Below, in pieces: positions 1 through 10,200 of a DNA stretch of 64,000 nucleotides (position 1 is the first letter of the stretch; each line of letters begins with the position of its first letter). This DNA comes from Podarcis erhardii (taxonomy: Eukaryota). Below the pieces are notes generated by a model that was given only the letters and a program-made list of their open reading frames with translations, made no database searches and was not told where the DNA came from. The stretch lies in NCBI GenBank assembly GCA_964252035.1, contig OZ176203.1. The stretch is one strand, 5' to 3'. The position numbers and the translations under genes were made by a program.

Positions 1-1351
1 AGGTGCCAGCTGTAGTTATTCAATGTGGAGGAAAATACAGACATAGCCAACATAGTTAAACAAAGTAAAATAAAGATCCCTGTCATATGAGCCCTTGCAT
101 TGAAAACCAGCTGCTGGCTAAAATGATGCCCTATGATTAACCTCTTAATTCCTACTATTTTGTTATATCCCTCCTGTAAAAAAAAAAAAAGAAGTGGAGC
201 CAAAAGCTTGCTGTTCCTTCTTTTACATCTCTGCTACTTGTAAGAAAATGAGAATGCAAAACCACTTTGCAGGAGAAATTAAATGCAATTATATTGGTAC
301 GGCTAACCTATTCTATATATGTAACTCTAAATCAGGCAAATAGTATTTTACATGAACTTTTGTGAGATTTGAATAAATTATGAACTGTTACAATGACCTG
401 CTTATTTAGAGCTTCTTAACATCATGATTAAAGTTTTTTTTATTAGGTTACTTTTTAAATATTCTTTGTTTCAAAGCCAAGTTACCGTATGATCAGCAAA
501 CCAATCACAAACCCAGCTATCCATGTCCCTAAAGATCAAATCACCCACTACCATGGTCAGAAAAGGAAACCAGAACTGCTGCGTTAGGAGAAACAGGCAA
601 GCTTTCCAGAGAAGCCCCCACCAGAATACTTCCCATCTCACTGATCTGTTCCAGCAGCTGGAGCAGATTTGCAGGATCAAAGCTGTTGGTGGAACAAAGA
701 TTGAGTGGGATGCAATTATCATGTCCTATGAAGGTCTCATCTACAAACCTCTGTTTATCCAGGTCAACTACCTTGGTCCCAAGGGAGCAAACTAACTCCC
801 TGAGGTCCAGGACTGATTTGCACTGAGTATCCCACCCCTGATTCTGTCCATCAGGAAGACATACAACATTCTGTGCTACACTGGATAGCTCCTACACCTC
901 TGCTGGCATTCTACCAGCAGATATTGTTGTTGAGCGAGTTAATTTACTTGGGAACCTGGGGCTTGTAAGTTCACTAAGGGGAGGGACACAGTAGTCTGCC
1001 CTGTTGCTGAACTTGCTTGGCTGCCTTACTTTGGCTCAAGGCGCAGCTCTGACACTTGGGCACGCAGAAATGTATATTCAGCCTAGTCTCTCCTAGGTTC
1101 TACTTTTGTAGCCCTGGCTAAATTCCTCCAGCTGCTGATGCAGGAGGTCCTCATTTGAAAATCACAGAGAGCTGCTGCTCAGCTACTAGTTTCATCCAAT
1201 CCTAGTGAGCAGGAATATGAAAGGTGGGTTAGGTTAATATACATACAGTATGTGTGTGTTATTTCTGAGCAATGAATTATTCAAGGGATACAACAGTCAC
1301 GCAAGGTTCAGCTCACTGGAGGCTGTGATATTTTTTGCAATTTATGGTTTA

Positions 1352-1593
1352 CAGTGGTACCTCAGGTTAAGTACTGAATTCATTCCGGAGGTCCGTTCTT
1401 AACCTGAAACTGTTCTTAACCTGAAGCACCACTTTAGCTAATGGGGCCTCCAGCTGCTGCCACACTGCCGGAGCACGATTTCTGTTCTCATCCTGAAGCA
1501 AAGTTCTTAACCTGGGGTACTATTTCTGGGTTAGCGGAGTCTGTAACCTGAAGTGTATGTAACCTGAAGCATATGTAACCTGAGGTACCACTG
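1352..1593. mobile_element. Tc1/mariner-type MITE, family A, complete
   Basis: Terminal inverted repeats (TIRs) CAGTGGTACCTC...GAGGTACCACTG with TA on both sides; opposite orientation to the copies at 4262 and 47555. Confidence 0.85.
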
Positions 1594-1671
1594 TATTTAT
1601 AAAGTGGTTTACAAAAAAACCAAAAGTAGCTCTAAAAATCTACAACCATAGTTAAAACATACAAGTCCAGT

Positions 1672-1692
1672 GTAGTAGTAGTAGTAGTAGTA
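1672..1692. repeat. (GTA)n microsatellite, about 7 units
   Basis: GTAGTAGTAGTAGTAGTAGTA read directly. Confidence 0.85.
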
Positions 1693-2559
1693 ATACTAAA
1701 AAAGGGAAATCCAAATTCTTCCCCAACCCCCAAAGCACAATCCTCAATTTTGCCAATAGTGAAACATCAGGTAACATTTGCTCTTGCTCTCTTATTGTGG
1801 AATTAGCTGCCCACATGCCCCAAACAGGAAAAGCCAATGGCGGGTAGCACGGAGTAGTGACTGAGCGGAGAAAACACAGCATAGAAATATTTCATCAGGG
1901 GCCACCCACTGGTGGCTGGGGAAGTAACGGAATACCTATGCAAAACCGATGACTAAACAAATGTGTGGACAGCAACATGTCAGTCATACGTAGATAAAAA
2001 TTAGACTCGACTGACCTAATAAAGCCCCCTCTGGAAACACCTTTACAACCAAAAGCCAAAGAGTTGAAAAGGATCGCTAACCTTCATCTCCCAACCTTTC
2101 AACAGTCTCATTTCGATTTTTTTGCAGGATCCAGTCAATGGATCTAGGGACTCAGATTAAGCCCTTCTTTTAATTACGAGATTGGCATTTCCCAAACTGC
2201 CCGCAGCAGTACTCCTATGTATGTACTCCGAGATTAGCGCCACACACTCGAACCAAAACAACCCTGCAGTCTCCGCTTCTGCCAGCAGGTGGAGGTAGAG
2301 ACGTGCCCAAACGCGCGATGTTGGGACGCACCATCTCATCGGGGCGGGGTGGGGGTGGGCAGCTGCGCCTTTGAATCCGGCTTAAGGCGAGCCGTCCACA
2401 CTGAAGAGGTTGGAAAGGCGATAACGGGGACGAGTCGAGGCCCCGCGCCGCTTTATAGAAAAAGCGGGGTCCCGTAAATCTTGCTGTCACCATTCTCCTC
2501 CCCCCCCGCGCTTCGAAATGGTACTCCCCCATCCGGCAAGGGCAAGGGGAGGGGGCGAA

Positions 2560-2736
2560 GAGGAGGCGTAGCAGCCCGGCCGCCATGGCGACGGGAGATT
2601 CCGCCCCCGCCCTTCCTTGTAGTCTCTGGCTCCCGCCTCGGCCCCGCCCAGCCGCGGGACACGTCGCAGGAGAGGGAAGCGGCCGGGGAGCCTCGGCGAA
2701 GCTGCGGCGGCGACGCGCGCCCTTCCTCCGCGGTGG

Positions 2737-2774
<38 letters not shown>

Positions 2775-2817
2775 AGCGCGACGCCTCTGCCGCCGCAGCC
2801 TGCTTCTCCCTCAGTTG
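2560..2817 (+). other. DOP1B: DOP1B non-coding exon 1 (5' boundary/TSS not determinable; start approximate)
   Basis: Strong donor TTG|GTGAGT at 2817/2818 inside the CpG island. The next exon (7108) carries the ATG. A non-coding first exon would give 37 exons in total, as I recall for human DOP1B. Confidence 0.7.
2738..2773 (+). repeat. (AGC)12 trinucleotide repeat, equivalent to (CAG)11, in putative exon 1
   Basis: Counted directly: AGC x12 at 2738-2773, followed by CAGC. Confidence 0.95.
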
Positions 2818-4261
2818 GTGAGTAGGGAAGATGGGGGACAGTGTGCTGCTGCAATTGAGGAAGTCAAGCCAGCCAGTGCTTCCTCTTTCCCCTCCCTTTT
2901 CTGCATAGGGAGGACGACGGGTGGGGGGGACCTTCTTCCCTCCACGAAGGGACCAGTTTGCCCCCCGACCAATGAAGTGCAGGTGGGGAGAGGGGGAAAC
3001 AAAGCAAACACTCCATTTTCTCCCTTAAGCATCCCTTCAGGATCTCTCTATATTTCTGAAATGGTGCTTATTCCTGATTTTCAACCGAGGAGGGGGGAAA
3101 TGTGGATGCCAGCGCTCTCCTTCACTTCTCCACATAGGCAGGCGTAGAAATGTAGAGGGCATAAACACGTGTTTGTTTGTTTTGTTTGTTTACGTGTTTA
3201 GCAGTGCCTGCGATTCTACAGGTTGTCTGTATCCTGCTGCCCGCCCCCCTCTCGGGTGCTTCTGCAGCTGCCTGTTATGTTGCTGCTGCTGGAGAACAGC
3301 TGTTGGGTTGTGTTTGCTATGTAGGAGCAGCAGCCTGTCAAAGGCGAGGAGAGGGAGAGAAGGGCGGGGGGAAGGAAAAGCTGTTTTACTGCATAATCGA
3401 TGCCGTATCTTTCCCCACCTCGCCTTATTTGCACACCGTTGTGTGTCTGAATGATCTGGTAGAGCTGAAGTGAAAGGGGGGGGGGATGATTTGAGAGAAG
3501 CACTGATTTTAGCACCAGTAAACAGGCTCGGTAGAACAGGTTTGGCTTCCGCAGGACAATGCATCACTGCCAAACGCTGCAGTCTTTCCCTGTCTGTAAG
3601 CAAAATGGAAAGAAGTAGAGGGCATTGTAACAATATTTACATGAATGGTCTATTGTCCCCGTTCTATGAGTCTTGTGTGCGCTTTGACCAGAAGTTGCAT
3701 TTTAAAAACAAATGTCTGGTTGCTGTTTTTCTTTTAGTGCAGTTTGTTTTATTCTGTACTTCTTTTTCACTCCTTGATATTTTTTTCCAGAATAAGTTCC
3801 TAATTGTCCTGTGTTTTTTGTTCATTTTCAAGGCTGTCATACTTGGATAATGAACCCTCAAAGCACTATGTGTATAGTAGGCTGCAGAAGATGGGATTTC
3901 TGGATTAGACATTAGACAAACTAATGTCTGGATTAGACATTAGACAAACTTCCCTTTACCATGGTTCCCAACATTTAGTGGCCTTTTAAAAATAAGAATT
4001 TTAGCAGTACATCTTTACATGGTGTAGTGCACCATTTGATTCAAGATGTTGTAATTGATGAAGGTTTTCCCTTCTCACTTACTGATAGAGGCATAGGGAC
4101 CATATCCAAGATGTAAACTAGCAATGGGTGAGTTGCCAGGCTACCAGTGATTGGCGACACTCTTAATTAGGGTTTTGAAAACCAGACTTCAAGTTTAGAG
4201 TATGCAAAGGGCCATCAAGGTTCTGAATGATAGCCATCAAATTTCAGTGACAGAACATATA

Positions 4262-4480
4262 CAGTGGTACCTCGGGTTACAAACACCTACAAACACGTCG
4301 GGTTACAGACTCTGCTAACCCGGAAATAGTACCTCGAGTTAAGAACTTTGTCCCAGGATGAGAACAGAAATCGCATGGCGGCAGTGGGAGGCCCCATTAG
4401 CTAAAGTGGTACCTCAGGTTAAGAACGGTTTCAGGTTAAGAACGGACCTGCGGAACGAATTAAGTTCGTAACCAGAGGTA
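4262..4480. mobile_element. Tc1/mariner-type MITE, family A, right TIR truncated
   Basis: TA-CAGTGGTACCTCGGGTTAC start, internal sequence matches the other copies, ends ...ACCAGAGGTA. Confidence 0.8.
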
Positions 4481-5650
4481 ATTTGGATTAGGGGGCAGAT
4501 CTGATCACTTTATTTCTTCTGCACACTTCTGATAATAGAGGATGTTTGTCCTTGCAGTCCTTGACCAGGAATATTTCTGCCTGCTTCACAGGAGGTGTTG
4601 ATAAGAATGCAGCTGCTTAGAGGGACTTCTACTAAACTAGAGTCTTCATCAGCTAGTGAAAAAGGCTAGTAAAATGAGGAAAAATAGCAGCTGTACATTT
4701 TGTCTTATATCTCAGTTCCTTGATTGCTAGAAGCTTACTCTTTTTAGAAAGATGATAGCTGGTCACCTGGGGCTCATGCTGTGTGGGACAATTCACCTCC
4801 ACACATATAGATACTTTTGCTGGTGCTTTTTCTTCAAACTGGTTTCTAGGAGGCCGTTAGGGTTTCCAAATAGCGGTTCTGAATACTGAGTTGATCTTGT
4901 CTCTTTTGTGGCCTCTTTTGACTGTGTCTTTCCCTTATTAAACTCCCCTGCCACCATGAAGTCATGGCCATTTGCCTGAAAAATACACAACACTTTCTCT
5001 CATGGTTATTAAGATGTGGCACATACAACATCATTTTCTACGTGGTTGATAGTCATGAAAGCTGCTGAAAGGCCCAGCATGAAGATGTTATTGACTATTA
5101 AAATATTTGAGCCATATTCAACTAGGACATTGCACTTGCAGAAGCCAGGACAAGGCCTTCTGCTAGCACAATGGGATTTCCCTTGAGAGAACCCTTGGAA
5201 CAGTGTGCAGGGGAAGGAGAGAGAGAGTATTGTTACATATGGTAAGCAAAAATGCTGTCACCGATGGAAAGATACCCTTAACGCTACAGCAAATACAGCC
5301 CGTAGCTTCTAAAGTCATATGATAAGAATGGCTGGTATGTTTCTCCAAGATCCTCCACTAAATAATATAGCATACTGAGCAGCTTTCTTAATCTAAGAAA
5401 GCAACTCCTTCTATCTACATTTGCTTTTGCCTTCATAAAGAGTTAATTGTTAACTTGCTCGCTGAGGCTTGCGGGAAAGTGTTCAGTTCCTGTTTACATC
5501 TGCCTCTGTGAATTAAAACATCTCAGTTTCCTGACAGATGGACAAAATAATAATCACTACATTTGTTTTATTAAATGTTAAGTAAATGAAAACATAGTAT
5601 CAGAAGCAATATATACAGTTGCTAAGTTTGGCAAACCAATTAAACCAAGT

Positions 5651-5785
5651 CAGGCTTCTTCAAACTCGGCCCTCCAGATGTTTTGAGACTACAATTCCCA
5701 CCATCCCTGACCACTGGTCCTGCTAGCTAGGGATCATGGGAGTTGTAGGCCAAAACATCTGGAGGGCCAAGTTTGAATAAGCCTG
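5651..5785. mobile_element. hAT-type palindromic MITE
   Basis: Ends CAGGC...GCCTG, internally palindromic, exact 8-bp TSD AACCAAGT (5643-5650 and 5786-5793). Confidence 0.85.
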
Positions 5786-7132
5786 AACCAAGTAATGCAC
5801 ACAAGAATGGAGTTTGGAACCTGTGGTCATCCAGCTGTTTCTGGACTACAACATCATCTGGAGGGCCACAGGCTAGCCACACCTGCTTCAAGTTTCACTC
5901 TGAGTCAATTGCAACAAATGCCTAAAACCTATTTTCTTTTAATACTGAAGTGTGTACTGTTAGACCCTAATGACAGGCTTGCCATATATAATTATGGATT
6001 CCTTTCCATTGCTGCTGGTTAAAATGTTTTATATACAACATAAGTAGCATATATACTGCCTTTTCCTGTTATGTTTGTTAATTTAATCCCAAAATATGGT
6101 TTGTAATTATGTGCATGAAAAAGGTTTGGGTGGCAGGCTCTTGTGCGCGCCCTGCCCCGAGTTGTCATGTTGTCCAAACTGGACAAACCATTGCTTACTT
6201 GTTTGCCAAAATCAATCCCTGACTTGTAGGCAAACAGTGATTTACCCCAGTTCAGACAAAATGGCAAGTTATGGTTTGCTGAGAATCTGGAAGCAAGTGC
6301 AGAAATCATGGCATGAAGTGGTAGAGAGTCCACGCAAACTCGAGGCTCAAGCCTGTTTGTGCATGAAATGCCAAGTTGTAGTCTGAACCAATTTGCAGTA
6401 ATCTTAATTTTTAGATGCTTATTTGAGCCTGAAAAACTGTGATTTGTTAACTATTAGTGCAGTTTGACATGCAACACCATGCTTTGGTTATACAACTGAA
6501 CCAGCATAGGATTCATAAATTATGAGTACCGAGTAGAGCAATTGTCTATTGTCATTCTTACAGTGAATAAATAAAAACCTCTGGGTTTCCCACAACAGAA
6601 AAATTACTAATCTGATTCCAGTGAGAGCAATTTTAATATAAAATACTGGGGTTTCTAGATGAAGAAAAAAGCAAACATGTCTGTAGCAATACTATTTCAA
6701 GTATCAACACAGTCTTAAATGTTAACAGGTATTTTGTCCTAGAAAGTGGGACAGTCTAGTTTATGTGAATGTGTGCAGCTTGGAGTATTTAATTATCTTA
6801 TCATGTCACATTATCAGTAAAATAACTGATGAGTAACTTTCTTGTATTTCTGAGATTTTGTATGAAACAGTGAATGGTCCTTGCAGTTTCAAAGCATCTT
6901 TGGAACTGAACTACGGCCTCAAAAGTGGGATTACATTTTTTGGTAGAATTTAATTCAGCAAGAAGAGCATTAAATCAGCTAATCTTGTGCGTTTAGTGAC
7001 CCTCATTAAGGATAACTGCATACACATTTCACAAATACCGTAATGAGTACAGTATATAAAATGCCATTAAGATCTGATCAGAGTTTGTTTTTGTTTCTGT
7101 TTCCAAGAACATTTTGGCTATGAAAATTTAAA

Positions 7133-7270
7133 ATGGACCCTGAAGAGCAGGAGCTGCTTGGTGATTATAGATACAGAAATTATTCTTCAGCAATTGATAA
7201 AGCTTTAAGGAACTTTGAATCATCGAGTGAATGGGCAGATCTTATATCTTCTCTTGGTAAACTTAACAAG
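7133..7270 (+). CDS. DOP1B: DOP1B exon 2, coding part (exon begins 7108)
   Basis: Acceptor ttccaag|7108; ATG 7133; MDPEEQELL...LGKLNK; donor AAG|gtacag; 138 nt. Confidence 0.95.
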
Positions 7271-10200
7271 GTACAGTATCTGGGGTTTTTTGCTGTTCTT
7301 ACTGTTGTTCAAAAAAATAAAAATGAAATTTTTATAGAATATAATGACACATAGTAGATAGGTTTACAGTTTGTATATCATTTTGACAAGCTGTTGATAA
7401 GCAGATTCTGGATGGTATTCTAGTACAAAAGGCAGTTGCAAAATGAAACAATCCAATTTTTACAGAAGTACAAAAAGCAGCTGCAAATGATAGCTTGGAG
7501 GGACAGGTAGTGGCAGAGCAATAAAACCCTCCAAATAGCCATGCTGGATTGTGTGGACAACTATGCTTCCAAAAATCCAGTTGAATCTCTTGAAATTGTA
7601 GCTTCTTTGAAATTTCCTAAGTCATGAATTGCCGTGATGCAACTTCCCATATCACTGACATGAGTTAACAGTGTTTTTTACCCTGTGTAGTGTGACAACT
7701 TTCAAGAATGGTTGGTCACTTTTCTGTTGTGGTTTGAATACGTTGTGATAGAACCAAGTTACACATATAACAGCAAAATTCTCACTTCGTATTTCATGTC
7801 ACTAAGGAGCTCAGCTTTGTTGCCATCTTAAGTGTACCACTCAGTGAAGGGGGGGAGTCTCAGGGTCAAACACCAATTTCGGCCCTCCGGGCCTTTCTAT
7901 ATGGCCCTCAGCTCTCCCCAGCCATATCCCTCTCCTGCCTTGATTTACGTGCTCAGTTATTAATATTTTTTGCCTGGCTAGAATGTGTCCTTAAGCTTGG
8001 GTAATGCTTCTTGTTTGCCTGGATGGAAGATACAAGAAGGGTGTGTGAGTATGTGTAGAAACTAGTTTACTGTACAAAAGTAAAATTCATGTTCATTGCT
8101 CTGCCTCCTTTAGCCTCTGGCACTGCCCACCACAGGCACGTGCCACCTCGCAGAAGGTTATCCAAAAGGGAATGTGGCACTCAGGATTAAAAAGGTTCTT
8201 CACCCCTGCCTTAGCACTTTGACTCCAAAAAAGCATCGTTCTGGATGCATCTGTGCAACGCAAGGGCTTATAGTTAAACAGCAGCATATATAAGCTATCA
8301 TAAACAGAATATGTGCTTACCCTTATGCCAGAGGTGGGGAATCTTTACCCTGCAAGCCTAATTAGGCCTGGTTCTGGTCCAGATTTGACCCATGAAAGAA
8401 TTTGTCCGAAACCACTCCTACATATGCAGCTAGGAAGGAACTGTCAGGATCTTAAAGAGAGCTTCTGATTCTTTGCAAGAGGAGCTCCCTATCAACACCA
8501 GTCAGTAGCCGCCCTGGCGAGTTCCCTGTCTGCAGCTCCCTAGTGCATCCAAAAGAGTTGGAAAAAACGATTCACAGTGCTTCCAATCCAAACCATTTCC
8601 TGTGCAGAGGGGGAAATGCCCTGTTTAAAACAGAGCATTTCTCTCTCTCCAGAGCAAGCTCTTTTGAAGGCACTCTCCCAGTTCCTTCCAGCTGATTGAC
8701 ACCTGTCAAAGATCAAAGGAAGTCTGTGTAACTCCCAGTTGGTGGTTATGGCAACCTATTCTGAAGATGCACTTTCCGTGCCAATCACCTGATGTCATTA
8801 CGATGCACGAAGATGGCTCTGTTGACCTTGATCCTCTGTCTAGTTATGCACATGGAACCTGCTTCCATTTTTTCACTCAGTGCCAGTAGCTGGGAGGCTT
8901 GCGTCCAACCAGCTTACCAAATACTGTAGATCACTTCATCTTCCTTTGTGCTGGGATAAGCTTCATCCCAAGGAAGGCAAAATCTTTTAAGAGTTCTCTC
9001 TCCAGGGACCCTGGTGTTCTTCAGTCTTCATGCGATATCTCCTGAGACGAATTCTCCAACCCTAATTTGGCGTGCTTCCCTTCCTACCTCCTTTCCCCCC
9101 CCTTCTTTTATCTTTGACTTGATTTTGATCCAGCTGTGTAGCTAAGGGGTATGCGCAGTCTCCTGCTCCCCTTTCAACCCATCTCTTCCTTTCCCCAATT
9201 AAGGGGTCTCAAGGGAAACAAGTTGCCTTCCTTTAGAGACTGAAGGAACCTTTAAAACCTTGCTTACTTTCAGTTTCCCATCATTGCCTTTGCCTGCATG
9301 ACACTTGTTTCTGTAGAGTAAAACCATGACCCATAATTCAAAAGGAAAAGTTCCCTTTAGCTTTGGTAAATCAGCTGCGATAAACTCCTAGGTCCCTGTG
9401 AGGCCTTAAGACAAGACTTCCACACGTTCCATTTTTTCCTGGAACAGGGAAATATCTGTGCTTCCTTTTTTCTATCTCCACAATAATTCCTCTAGTTTCA
9501 CTGTTCTCTGTCCTGTCCCAAACTTCATTTCGTTTTCAGCTTGAGTTAGCGCCAAGGGAATTAGGTCTCCCATACAGCCTGACAGATCAGTTCCCACCCC
9601 ACTTTGAACCACTTGAGAATTGCTGAAGGTCTTGGCCAGGCATAGGCAGACTCAGCCCTCCAGATGCTTTGGAACTACAATTCCCATCATCCCTGACCAC
9701 TGGTCCTGTTGGCTAGGGATCATGGGAGTTGTAGTCCCAAAACATCTGGAGGTCCGAGTTTACCTATGCCTGGTCTTGGCAGACCATTTAATGAGTTTTC
9801 TGCCTGTTGCAGCAATTGCAGTTTCATAGAATTCAAATGGTAAGTTGTACAATGTAAGAAGCAATAAAAATACAATACTATTAAAAATCAGTATGAATCT
9901 TCAGTATGATGGATGTGCTGTCTTTCATCTTCAACCATAAATTCAGACTAGGTCTGGGCAATATATATCACTGAGTGAAACCACCATCCCACTCTGCCCT
10001 TATGCGACCGAGAGGGAAAAACAAGCTATATCGGCGAGGTGCTGATACAGCTTGTTCCTCTGCATCTTTAAACTGCTCATCTGAGGATGTTCCCCCCCGC
10101 CCCCAGCTGAGCAGTGCAAACAGGCTGCATTGTCCCAGCACACAAGCCTGGGTGAAACCACCTCACCCCTCGAAATGAGAGCTGGGGCAGTTTCACCCGG

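Larger units (their letters stand above)
2290..3300. promoter_or_regulatory. CpG island / DOP1B promoter region (boundaries approximate)
   Basis: Abrupt GC- and CpG-rich block in an AT-rich, CpG-poor window. GC boxes CCGCCCCCGCCC (~2601-2612) and GGCCCCGCCC (~2640-2650), and a YY1-like CCATGGCG at 2583-2590. Confidence 0.85.

Noticed and set aside
471-795. ORFs 523-795 (+) and 471-722 (-) as exons of a neighbouring gene such as CBR1/CBR3 or SETD4
   Set aside because: No resemblance to the carbonyl reductase or SETD4 sequences I recall, and no convincing splice-site pair keeps a frame open.
2453-2854. Poly-Ala ORFs across the triplet repeat (2481-2825 +, 2453-2854 -)
   Set aside because: These are CpG-island open frames. 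The + one lacks a true ATG start and nothing supports coding. The repeat is not read as poly-Gln in any listed ORF.
7860-9540. Degenerate hAT-like and LINE-like fragments in intron 2
   Set aside because: Repeat-like, but I could not fix TIR/TSD pairs or protein motifs, so boundaries and class are unsupported.
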